The notes beneath the pieces were generated by a model. It was not told where the DNA came from and searched no databases. It saw nothing but the letters and a program-made list of their open reading frames with translations. DNA of 31,798 nt. Origin: Candidatus Sericytochromatia bacterium. GTDB lineage: Bacteria > Cyanobacteriota > Sericytochromatia > S15B-MN24 > UBA4093. Of the stretch, positions 7,984 to 15,238 are shown piece after piece. Where the stretch lies: positions 1-31,798 of the forward strand of contig JBIIHZ010000001.1 of the NCBI GenBank assembly GCA_044235265.1. The letters are read 5' to 3'. Position 1 is the stretch's first letter, and every line of letters starts with the position of its first letter. The position numbers were made by a program, and so were the translations under genes.

Positions 7984-8757
7984 TCAGCGACTCAGGAGGG
8001 TCTCGATCGTTTTCAGCAGAGCAGCGAGCAGCGGAGCCCGGGTCTTGAGGGCCTGCGAGTGGGCGAGGACGTCCCCTTCGCTGGACAGGTCCGGGATCGT
8101 GTCGAGCGGGATCTTCTCGGTCAGCTGGGTCATGAGGTCCCAGTCCAGGCGCTCGATTCCGGGGGCATCCTTGAACTTGTTTCGCACGAGGGTCGCGGCC
8201 AGCGTCGTCGGCACGTTGACATGGATGCGCCGGGTGGAGCCGGGGTCGGCCTTCACGTAAGCGAACAGGCAGAGCCGCTTCACCGTTCCGAAGTCGACGT
8301 TCAGGAACAGGGGGCGTCCGGCCGGGATCTCGAGACGGAAACTGCCGCTGGCGTCCGTCCGGCTCAAGGGGAACGTGGCCAGGGGTTCGAAGCGCGTGGT
8401 GAGGACGCTGATGGTCGCCCCGGGCACGTACGCATGCCGGGGCGGGGCGTCTTGAACCCGGAAGGGGGCGACGGTGGTCAGGGGGGCCACCGTGGTCAGC
8501 ATGGCCGAATCGCCCGGGGCGACCGGGGCGACGGTGGTCAGGGGGGCCACCGTCGTGAGCTGGTCGATCGGGGCCACGGCCACACCGGTGATGGTGGCCC
8601 TGGAGGTCGTGTCCGGGGTGCCGGGATCGGACGGCCGGGGTGCCTGTGTCGAGACGGGTGAGGCCGGACCGGGAGCCGTGGCTGCCTGGGTGCAGGCCGT
8701 CAGCGTCGCGACGGTCGCGATCATGGGAACCAGGTATCTGGAGGTCGGCAGGGGCAT
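7984..8757 (-). CDS. Putative lipoprotein B with 4 LTTVAP repeats (257 aa), paralogue of 6001-6816
   Basis: Signal MPLPTSRYLVPMIATVATLTA-C22. Shares ITG.A.AP..Q-LTTVAP, PGAT(I/V)SVL, RTD..G.F.L..P...PLFL.VD.G, VNVP.T and PDL motifs with lipoprotein A. Start is uncertain (TTG at 8802 is in frame). Confidence 0.8.
   Translation of the reverse strand: MPLPTSRYLVPMIATVATLTACTQAATAPGPASPVSTQAPRPSDPGTPDTTSRATITGVAVAPIDQLTTVAPLTTVAPVAPGDSAMLTTVAPLTTVAPFRVQDAPPRHAYVPGATISVLTTRFEPLATFPLSRTDASGSFRLEIPAGRPLFLNVDFGTVKRLCLFAYVKADPGSTRRIHVNVPTTLAATLVRNKFKDAPGIERLDWDLMTQLTEKIPLDTIPDLSSEGDVLAHSQALKTRAPLLAALLKTIETLLSR
8464..8559 (-). repeat. Coding 18-nt repeat, LTTVAP x2 + 8-aa spacer + LTTVAP x2
   Basis: Units at 8542-8559, 8524-8541, 8482-8499 and 8464-8481. 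Confidence 0.95.
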
Positions 8758-8940
8758 GGAGGTCTCGCTCGTCACGTCCGGAAGTGTCGCGTCAGTCGCC
8801 AAGTTCCGTCAGGATGGATGGCCCAAATATACCCGCGCGAGGGGCCCTCAATCAGGCTTTCCCCCCCTGCCTTGCCGCGGGACCCGTCAGGCGCGTAGGC
8901 TGGAGTGCCCCGGCCCTTTCGCCAGGAGGAGAGGTCGTCC

Positions 8941-10095
8941 TTGGAAAACTTCGTCCATCGCAATCCCGTGAAGATCCGCTTCGGCCGCGGGCAGATCGCC
9001 CACCTCGCCCAGGAGGTGCCCGCGGGAGCCCGTGTGCTCATGACCTGCGGGGGCGGCAGCATCCGGGCCAACGGGGTGTACGACCAGGTCATGCAGGCTC
9101 TCGAAGGCTTCGAGGTCCTCACGTTCGGCGGCATCGAGCCCAATCCGCGATACCCCACGCTCATGCGCGCCGTCGAGCTCGCCCGGGCCGAGCAGGTCGA
9201 TTTCCTGCTGGCCGTGGGGGGCGGGTCGGTCCTCGATGGGACCAAGTTCATCGCGGCGGCCATCCCTTTCGAAGGAGACCCCTGGACCATCTGCTCGGAA
9301 CAGGCTCCCATCCGGTCGGCCGTGCCGCTCGGCGCCGTGCTGACGCTCCCCGCGACGGGGTCGGAGATGAACCGCGCCGGGGTGGTTTCGCGGGACGACA
9401 CCCGTCAGAAGCTGGCGTTCTTCAGCGAACTCCTGTTTCCGAGATTCTCGATCCTGGACCCCGAGACGACGTTCTCGCTCCCGCCCCGTCAGGTCGGCAA
9501 CGGGATCGTGGACGGGTTCACCCACGTCATGGAGCAATACCTGACGTATCCCGTCGGGGCGCTCCTGCAGGACCGGATGGCCGAGGCCATCCTGCAGACC
9601 CTGATCGAGGTCGGGCCGCGAACCCTGGCCGACCCGACGGACTACGAGGCACGCGCCTCCTTCATGTGGTGCTGCACCGTCGCCCTCCAGGGTCTGGTCG
9701 GGGTCGGGGTGCCCCAGGACTGGAGCACGCATGCCATCGGGCACGAGCTCACGGTCCTTCACGGCCTCGACCACGGTCAGACCCTGGCCGTGATCTTGCC
9801 GGCCGTCCTGGAGGCGCAGCGCGAGGGCAAGCGGGCCAAGCTCTTGCAGTATGCCGAGCGGGTGCTGGGCATCCGGGACGGCTCCGACGACGAGCGCATC
9901 GATGCGGCGATCGCCGGAACCCGCGCCTTCTTCGAGTCGGTCGGGGTTCCGACGCGTCTGTCGGCGTATGGCCTCTCGGAGAATCCCTCGGAGGAGGTCG
10001 TCCGGAAACTCATCGCTCGAGGCGTGCTGCCGCTGGGCGAGCGAGACGATCTCGATGCCGCTCGCATCGGTGCCCTCGTCTCCGCGGCTTGCTGA
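8941..10095 (+). CDS. yqhD: Iron-containing NADP-dependent alcohol/aldehyde dehydrogenase, YqhD-type (384 aa)
   Basis: Close resemblance to E. coli YqhD throughout (FGGIEPNP, AVGGGSVLDGTKFIAAA, TLPATGSE, PQDWSTHAIGHELT, GLDHGQTLA, AKLLQYAERV). TTG start after AGGAGGAG RBS. Confidence 0.92.
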   Translation: MENFVHRNPVKIRFGRGQIAHLAQEVPAGARVLMTCGGGSIRANGVYDQVMQALEGFEVLTFGGIEPNPRYPTLMRAVELARAEQVDFLLAVGGGSVLDGTKFIAAAIPFEGDPWTICSEQAPIRSAVPLGAVLTLPATGSEMNRAGVVSRDDTRQKLAFFSELLFPRFSILDPETTFSLPPRQVGNGIVDGFTHVMEQYLTYPVGALLQDRMAEAILQTLIEVGPRTLADPTDYEARASFMWCCTVALQGLVGVGVPQDWSTHAIGHELTVLHGLDHGQTLAVILPAVLEAQREGKRAKLLQYAERVLGIRDGSDDERIDAAIAGTRAFFESVGVPTRLSAYGLSENPSEEVVRKLIARGVLPLGERDDLDAARIGALVSAAC

Positions 10096-10110
10096 GCCGG
10101 GGTGGGAGCT

Positions 10111-11004
10111 TCAGGCCTCGGGGGCCGGCCCACCCATCGCGTGATACCCCCGATCCACGTGCAGCACCTCGCCCGTGATGCCGGCAGCCAGGGGGCTGCA
10201 CAGGAAGGCTGCGGCGTGGGCGACGTCGTCGGCCGTGAGCGGGGTCGTGAGCGGCGACTGGGTAGCTGCATGGTCGATCATGGCCTCGATGATGCCGATC
10301 GCCGAGGCCGCTCGTGAAGCCAGCGGGCCCGCCGAGATCGCGTTGACCCGGTGTCCCCAGCGCCGGCCGGCCTCGTAGGCCAGTACGCGCGTGTCGCTCT
10401 CCAGGGCAGCCTTCGCCGAACTCATGCCGCCGCCGTAGCCCGGGATGACGCGCTCGGCTGCGAGGTAGCTCAGGGAGACGAAGGCTCCCCCCGGCCGGAC
10501 GAGCGGCCCCAGGCGCTGGAGCATCGAGACCCACGAGTAGGCACTGACGCCCACGGCCACCTGGTAGCCGGCTCTCGAGGTCTCGAGGAGGGGCTTCTTG
10601 ACCTCGGGGCCGTTGGCCAGGCTATGGACCACGATGTCGAGGACGGGTTCGCCAGCGGGGCCGGCGAGGCGGTCGGCCAGGCCCTGCATGGTGAAGTCGC
10701 CGTGTTCCCGGTAGCGACGGTCCTCGCGGAGCGTCTCGGGCACGTCGTCCCAGGTGTCGAAGCCGGCATCGAGCGGCAGCACCTCCTGGAAGGTCAGCAG
10801 CCGGCCGTCCGGCAGCTTCCGGGACCCGTCCAGCTTGCCGCGCTCCAGCAGCTTCGTGAAGATACCGAGCGCCGGAGGCCAGCAGGCCACCGAGACCTCG
10901 GCACCGGCCGCGGCCAGCGCCCGGGCGATCGCGAAGCCATAGCCCGCGTCGTCCGCCACCCCGGCCACGAGGGCTCTCTTACCGGTCAGATCGAGATTCA
11001 GCAT
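10111..11004 (-). CDS. fabI: Enoyl-ACP reductase, plant-plastid/chlamydial type
   Basis: ALVAGVADDAGYG, WPPAL, HSLANGPEVKKPLLETSR, ERVIPGYGGGMSSAKAALESDTRVLAYEAGR and NAISAGPLASRAASAIG. Confidence 0.93.
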   Translation of the reverse strand: MLNLDLTGKRALVAGVADDAGYGFAIARALAAAGAEVSVACWPPALGIFTKLLERGKLDGSRKLPDGRLLTFQEVLPLDAGFDTWDDVPETLREDRRYREHGDFTMQGLADRLAGPAGEPVLDIVVHSLANGPEVKKPLLETSRAGYQVAVGVSAYSWVSMLQRLGPLVRPGGAFVSLSYLAAERVIPGYGGGMSSAKAALESDTRVLAYEAGRRWGHRVNAISAGPLASRAASAIGIIEAMIDHAATQSPLTTPLTADDVAHAAAFLCSPLAAGITGEVLHVDRGYHAMGGPAPEA

Positions 11005-11728
11005 GGGGGCATTCTAGGGGACCGGGCAGGGCTCGCGCCAGCGCCACGAAGGTCAGGTCCGCCACTCCTGCCTCGCGCAGGGTCCCGAGAACGGCCCGGG
11101 CAGTGGCTCCCGTCGTCCAGACATCGTCGACGAGGACGACGCTCGCGGGGGCTGATTTCCCCGGCGCCAGGCGGAAGGCCCCCAGGACGCGGCTCTGGCG
11201 AGCCGCTCGACTCTGGTGGGGGGAAGACGGAGCCGAGCGCGTGCGCTCGAGCAACCGGCCGTCCGACGGGAGGCCCCGGTGCCGGGCGAGCTGCCAGGCC
11301 AGCGGGGCGACGTGATCGAAGCCTCGCTCGCGGCGACGGTCCACGTGCATCGGGACGGGCACGATCACGGCTCCTTCCGGGAGCAGGTCGTCCGGAACGG
11401 TCTCGGCCAGACGTCGACCCAGCGCGTGAGCGAGTTCCAGGGCGCCCTCGAATTTCAGGGCGCGGATGCACCGACGCAGCCGTCCCCGGTAGGCACCCAG
11501 GCTCCATCCCCGGATGGGAGACCCGGGCAGGAGCACCTCGTCCCCCACCGCCCGTCGGGTCTCGCGCCAGAGGCCCCGGTGGCACTCGGGACAGAGCGGT
11601 CCGTCCCGGGGGACCCGACAGACGGCACAGGCCGTCTGGTAGAGGGTGCTCAGCAGGCGATGGTGGACCAGGCGTCCCGGGTCGGGCGGTGGGGTCACGC
11701 GGGCCAGGATTCGTTGCCATTTGATCAT
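10979..11728 (-). CDS. comF: ComF family protein (double zinc ribbon + phosphoribosyltransferase-like)
   Basis: CAVC...CPEC zinc ribbon, IRALKF, IVPVPMH...RERGFDH, VVLVDDVWTTGAT. Start chosen at ATG 11728. Overlaps the fabI start by 26 nt. Confidence 0.88.
   Translation of the reverse strand: MIKWQRILARVTPPPDPGRLVHHRLLSTLYQTACAVCRVPRDGPLCPECHRGLWRETRRAVGDEVLLPGSPIRGWSLGAYRGRLRRCIRALKFEGALELAHALGRRLAETVPDDLLPEGAVIVPVPMHVDRRRERGFDHVAPLAWQLARHRGLPSDGRLLERTRSAPSSPHQSRAARQSRVLGAFRLAPGKSAPASVVLVDDVWTTGATARAVLGTLREAGVADLTFVALARALPGPLECPHAESRSDR
11011..11016 (-). promoter_or_regulatory. Putative -10 element TAGAAT, 6 nt before fabI ATG (leaderless type)
   Basis: Minus strand reads TAGAAT-gccccc-ATG. 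No SD is visible. It lies inside the comF 3' end. Confidence 0.5.
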
Positions 11729-11734
11729 GAATAC

Positions 11735-11740
11735 ATGGTA
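11735..11740 (-). promoter_or_regulatory. Putative -10 element TACCAT, 6 nt before comF ATG (leaderless type)
   Basis: Minus strand reads TACCAT-gtattc-ATG, with an AT-rich upstream tract (11741-11763). Confidence 0.45.
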
Positions 11741-11866
11741 ACGCAATTATTTCTGATAAAAAAGACGTGCTGCTTCCTTGGCCGACCGTGTCCCCCCGGG
11801 GCCGCCCCCTGCGCTAGAATAAGGCAAGGCCCTCGGGGGAGAGGCCGGGCGTGGACGGAGGACGGG

Positions 11867-12703
11867 ATGGCGCGCATCTGCATCGTGGGACTCGGAGCCA
11901 TCGGGGGTTCGCTGGCTCTCGCCCTGCGCGAGGCGCACGACGTCGTGGGCGTGGATGTCGCTCCGGAGGTCGTGGAAGAGGCTCGCGCGCTCGGTATCGA
12001 GGCCACCTCCGACCTGTCGGCAGCCCTGAAGAAGGCGGACGGGGTCGTCCTGGCCGTCCCGCTGGGGCGACTGTCCGACGTGCTCCGGGACGTTGCCCGT
12101 CAGGCTCCGGCGAAGGCCCTCATCACGGATGTAGGCTCCGTCAAGGGACAGATCTGCAAGGTGGCGACCCAGATCCTTCCCCAGGGTCGATTCGTGGGCG
12201 GGCATCCGATGGCCGGCTCCGAGTTGCGGGGCCTGTCCCACGCCTCGGCGGACCTCTTCCAGGGCTGCACGTATGTCTGGACGCCCGAGCGCGAGGCTGA
12301 ACGGAAGGCCATGACCACGTTCCGTCGCTGGTTCGCGCCGCTCGGGGCCCAGTGGGTCGAGATGGAGCCGTCGGCGCATGACCTGGCCGTGGCGTACACC
12401 TCGCATCTGCCCTTCCTGATGGCCACGGCCGTCGCGCGGGTCGCGCAGGGCTCGATGAAAGAGATCCCGGATCTCCGCAAGGTCGCCGCGGCAGGGTTTC
12501 GGGACACCACCCGCCTCGCGATGTCCAATCCCATCCTCGGGCGAGACATCTGCATCGCCAATCGGGATGCCTTGCTGCATGCCATCGTGGCGATGCGTTA
12601 CCAGCTGTCCCAGTTCGAGATCATGCTCCAGAGCGAGATCTCGGTCGGGCTCGAGTCGATGTTCGAGAGCGTGGGCAAGTGGCGCGAAGAGCTGATGTCC
12701 TGA
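11867..12703 (+). CDS. tyrA: Prephenate/arogenate dehydrogenase (278 aa)
   Basis: Rossmann IVGLGAIGGS, ITDVGSVK, VGGHPMAG, HDLAVAYTSHLP and GFRDTTRLA. GGAGG RBS. TAGAAT -10-like element at 11815-11820. Confidence 0.93.
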   Translation: MARICIVGLGAIGGSLALALREAHDVVGVDVAPEVVEEARALGIEATSDLSAALKKADGVVLAVPLGRLSDVLRDVARQAPAKALITDVGSVKGQICKVATQILPQGRFVGGHPMAGSELRGLSHASADLFQGCTYVWTPEREAERKAMTTFRRWFAPLGAQWVEMEPSAHDLAVAYTSHLPFLMATAVARVAQGSMKEIPDLRKVAAAGFRDTTRLAMSNPILGRDICIANRDALLHAIVAMRYQLSQFEIMLQSEISVGLESMFESVGKWREELMS

Positions 12704-13986
12704 GCTGGACCGTCGCGCGCGGCAAGCCTCTGATGGGGACCCTCGACGTCCCACCCGACAAGTCCATCACGCATCGGGCCCTGCTCCTGGGGGCGATCGC
12801 CCGCGGGACGACCCGTATCATCAACGGTCTGGCCGGTGCCGACTGCCTGGCGACCCGGACCTCTCTCGAGGCTCTCGGCGTGTCCGTCCGCCTCGACGGA
12901 CCGGACTGGCTTGTGGACGGGCAGGGGCTCGAGGCCTGGCACGAGGCCGGGGACGTGCTCGATGCCGGCAATTCCGGCACGACGATGCGCCTGCTCTCGG
13001 GACTGCTCGTGGGGGTACCGGGATTGCACGTTCTCTCGGGCGACGGGTCGCTGCGCGCGCGTCCCATGGCGCGCATCGTCGAACCGCTGCGGGCCATGGG
13101 GGCCCGGATCACGGGCCGGCGAGGTGGGCGACTGGCTCCCCTCGTCATCGAAGGAACGGCCCTGACGGGGGTGGATCATCCGGCCCCCGTCGCCAGTGCC
13201 CAGGTGAAGAGTGCCCTCCTGCTCGCAGGTTTGCATGCGCGAGGCGAGACCCGCGTGCTCGAGCCCGTCCCCAGCCGCGACCACACCGAGCGCATGCTGC
13301 TCGCGATGGGGGCTTCCCTCCGGCGCGAGGGGCAGACCTGGTGCCTGACGGGGGGCGATGAGCTCCGGGGGGGCGATGTGACGGTCCCGGGCGACGTGTC
13401 GAGTGCGATGTTCTGGATCGTCGCGGCCACGCTCGTGCCTGGCTCGGACTGCCTGCTGCGGAACGTGGGGCTGAACCCGACCCGGACGGGCGGGCTGGAC
13501 GTCCTGCGGGCCATGGGGGCAGATCTCACCGTGCTGAACGAGCGCGAGGTGAGCGGCGAGCCCGTCGGGGATCTCCGGGTCCGGGCCGCCCACCTGCGCG
13601 GAACGCTCATCGCGGGCGGACTCGTGCCCCGGTTGCTGGACGAGATTCCGGTGCTCGCCCTCGCGGCTGCCTGTGCCGAGGGCTCCACCGTGGTGCGCGA
13701 TGCCGCCGATCTCCGGGCCAAGGAGTCGGATCGGCTTCATGCCGTCGCCCGGGAGCTCGGGGCGCTCGGGGCTCGCCTCGCCGAGGCCCCGGATGGTCTC
13801 GTCATCGAGGGTGGGGGGAGGCTCACGGGCGGCGAGGCGACCAGCCACGGTGATCACCGGATCGCCATGATGGCGGCGATCGCCGGGCTGGTGGCCGATC
13901 GCCCCGTCCGGATCGAGGACGTCGCGTGCGTCGAGACCTCGTATCCCGGCTTCGAAAGCGAGCTCCGTCCCTGGATCATCGGGTGA
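12679..13986 (+). CDS. aroA: 3-phosphoshikimate 1-carboxyvinyltransferase (EPSP synthase, class II-like)
   Basis: PPDKSITHR, DAGNSGTTMRL, RPMARI, ASAQVKSA, SRDHTE, DEIP, KESDR and DHRIAM. Start is uncertain (GTG 12679 or CTG 12700). Confidence 0.96.
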   Translation: MARRADVLSWTVARGKPLMGTLDVPPDKSITHRALLLGAIARGTTRIINGLAGADCLATRTSLEALGVSVRLDGPDWLVDGQGLEAWHEAGDVLDAGNSGTTMRLLSGLLVGVPGLHVLSGDGSLRARPMARIVEPLRAMGARITGRRGGRLAPLVIEGTALTGVDHPAPVASAQVKSALLLAGLHARGETRVLEPVPSRDHTERMLLAMGASLRREGQTWCLTGGDELRGGDVTVPGDVSSAMFWIVAATLVPGSDCLLRNVGLNPTRTGGLDVLRAMGADLTVLNEREVSGEPVGDLRVRAAHLRGTLIAGGLVPRLLDEIPVLALAAACAEGSTVVRDAADLRAKESDRLHAVARELGALGARLAEAPDGLVIEGGGRLTGGEATSHGDHRIAMMAAIAGLVADRPVRIEDVACVETSYPGFESELRPWIIG

Positions 13987-14029
13987 GCGTTCCGGCGCTC
14001 CGGTGGCCGGACCACGGGGGGGTGGCGGC

Positions 14030-14059
14030 TTGCCATGCGTTCTGATCGGATGATACGAT
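14030..14059 (+). promoter_or_regulatory. sigma70-type promoter for rpsA
   Basis: TTGCCA (14030-14035), 18-nt spacer, TACGAT (14054-14059) with extended -10 TG at 14051-14052. Confidence 0.6.
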
Positions 14060-14148
14060 CTGATTTCCGGTTTCAGGTTTGCAGGTCGCGGTCATCGCGT
14101 TCCCGGGGCCCGGGCCGGCCAGGTGCAGGTGATTAGGGGATTCATTTC

Positions 14149-15231
14149 ATGACGCAAGCGGGTCAGTTTGCCACGATCGAAGCCGACGTGGAAGTGCCCA
14201 ACTACGAGAGCACGTTCCGTGACGTCCAGCCGGGCGACATCATCAACGGATACGTCGTCTCGGTCGAACGGGACGAGGTCCTGGTCGATGTGGGGGGCAA
14301 GACGGAAGGCACCATCTCTCGCAAGGAGCTGTCGGCCATTCCGGTCCAGGATGCACGCCAGGTGGTCAAGCCTGGTGACGAACTCGAAGTGTTCGTCATC
14401 CGCATCGACGACGAAGAGGGCATCTCGCTCTCGAAGCGTCGCGTCGATCAGGCCCGCGGCTGGAAGCTCGCCATCGACGACTACGAGAACGAGCGCATCA
14501 TCGGCGCTCGCGTCACGGGTGTCGTCAAGGGCGGCGTGATCGTCGATGCCTACAAGCTCCGTGGCTTCGTCCCCGCGTCGCAGCTGCGCACCAAGGGCCA
14601 GCACGAGGAGCTCGTCGGCGAAGAGCTGCAGCTCAAGATCATCGAGGTCGATCAGCGTCGTAACAAGCTGATCCTCTCGCACCGCCAGGCGCTCCAGCAG
14701 GAGAAGGGCCTCAAGCGTGCCGAGATCCTGGCCAACCTCGAGGTCGGTCAGATCGTCACCGGCAAGGTCGTTCGCATCGCCGACTTCGGCGCATTCATCG
14801 ACCTCGGCGGCATCGATGGCCTGCTGCCCATCTCCGAAATCTCCTGGGAGCGCATCAAGAAGCCGGATGACGAGCTGGCCATCGGTGACGAGCTCACGCT
14901 CAAGGTCCTCAAGGTCGACCGCGAGGCCCACAAGATCTCGCTGTCGCTCAAGCAGCTCAAGGAAGATCCCTGGACGACCCTCAGCGGTTTCTCCGAGGGC
15001 CAGGTCATCAACGGCCGCGTGACGAAGCTCGCCAGCTTCGGCGCGTTCGTCGAGATCGTCCCCGGCGTCGAGGCCCTGCTGCCCACCGCCGAGATGTCCG
15101 AGCGTCAGGTGAAGCCTGAGGACGTCGTCACGGTCGACCAGACCGTCCGCGCCCTCATCAAGCGCTTCCGCCCCGAAGAGAAGCGGATCTCGCTGTCGCT
15201 GCGTGACCTCAACGAGGGGTCCGAGGAGTAA
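14149..15231 (+). CDS. rpsA: 30S ribosomal protein S1, short form (360 aa, about 4 S1 domains)
   Basis: Repeated S1 OB-folds (VLVDVGGKTEG, GFVPASQL, DFGAFIDLGGIDGLLPISEISW, SFGAFVEIVPGVEALL). Strongly biased codon usage. Confidence 0.93.
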   Translation: MTQAGQFATIEADVEVPNYESTFRDVQPGDIINGYVVSVERDEVLVDVGGKTEGTISRKELSAIPVQDARQVVKPGDELEVFVIRIDDEEGISLSKRRVDQARGWKLAIDDYENERIIGARVTGVVKGGVIVDAYKLRGFVPASQLRTKGQHEELVGEELQLKIIEVDQRRNKLILSHRQALQQEKGLKRAEILANLEVGQIVTGKVVRIADFGAFIDLGGIDGLLPISEISWERIKKPDDELAIGDELTLKVLKVDREAHKISLSLKQLKEDPWTTLSGFSEGQVINGRVTKLASFGAFVEIVPGVEALLPTAEMSERQVKPEDVVTVDQTVRALIKRFRPEEKRISLSLRDLNEGSEE

Positions 15232-15238
15232 GCGCCCG

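Noticed and set aside
6559-8559. 18-nt repeats as CRISPR, iteron or RiPP precursor cores
   Set aside because: Variation is confined to synonymous positions. They sit inside folded lipoprotein domains, and no RiPP modification enzymes are adjacent.
11216-12703. 495-aa ORF as N-terminally extended TyrA
   Set aside because: The extension is antisense to comF. The dehydrogenase fold and RBS begin at 11867.
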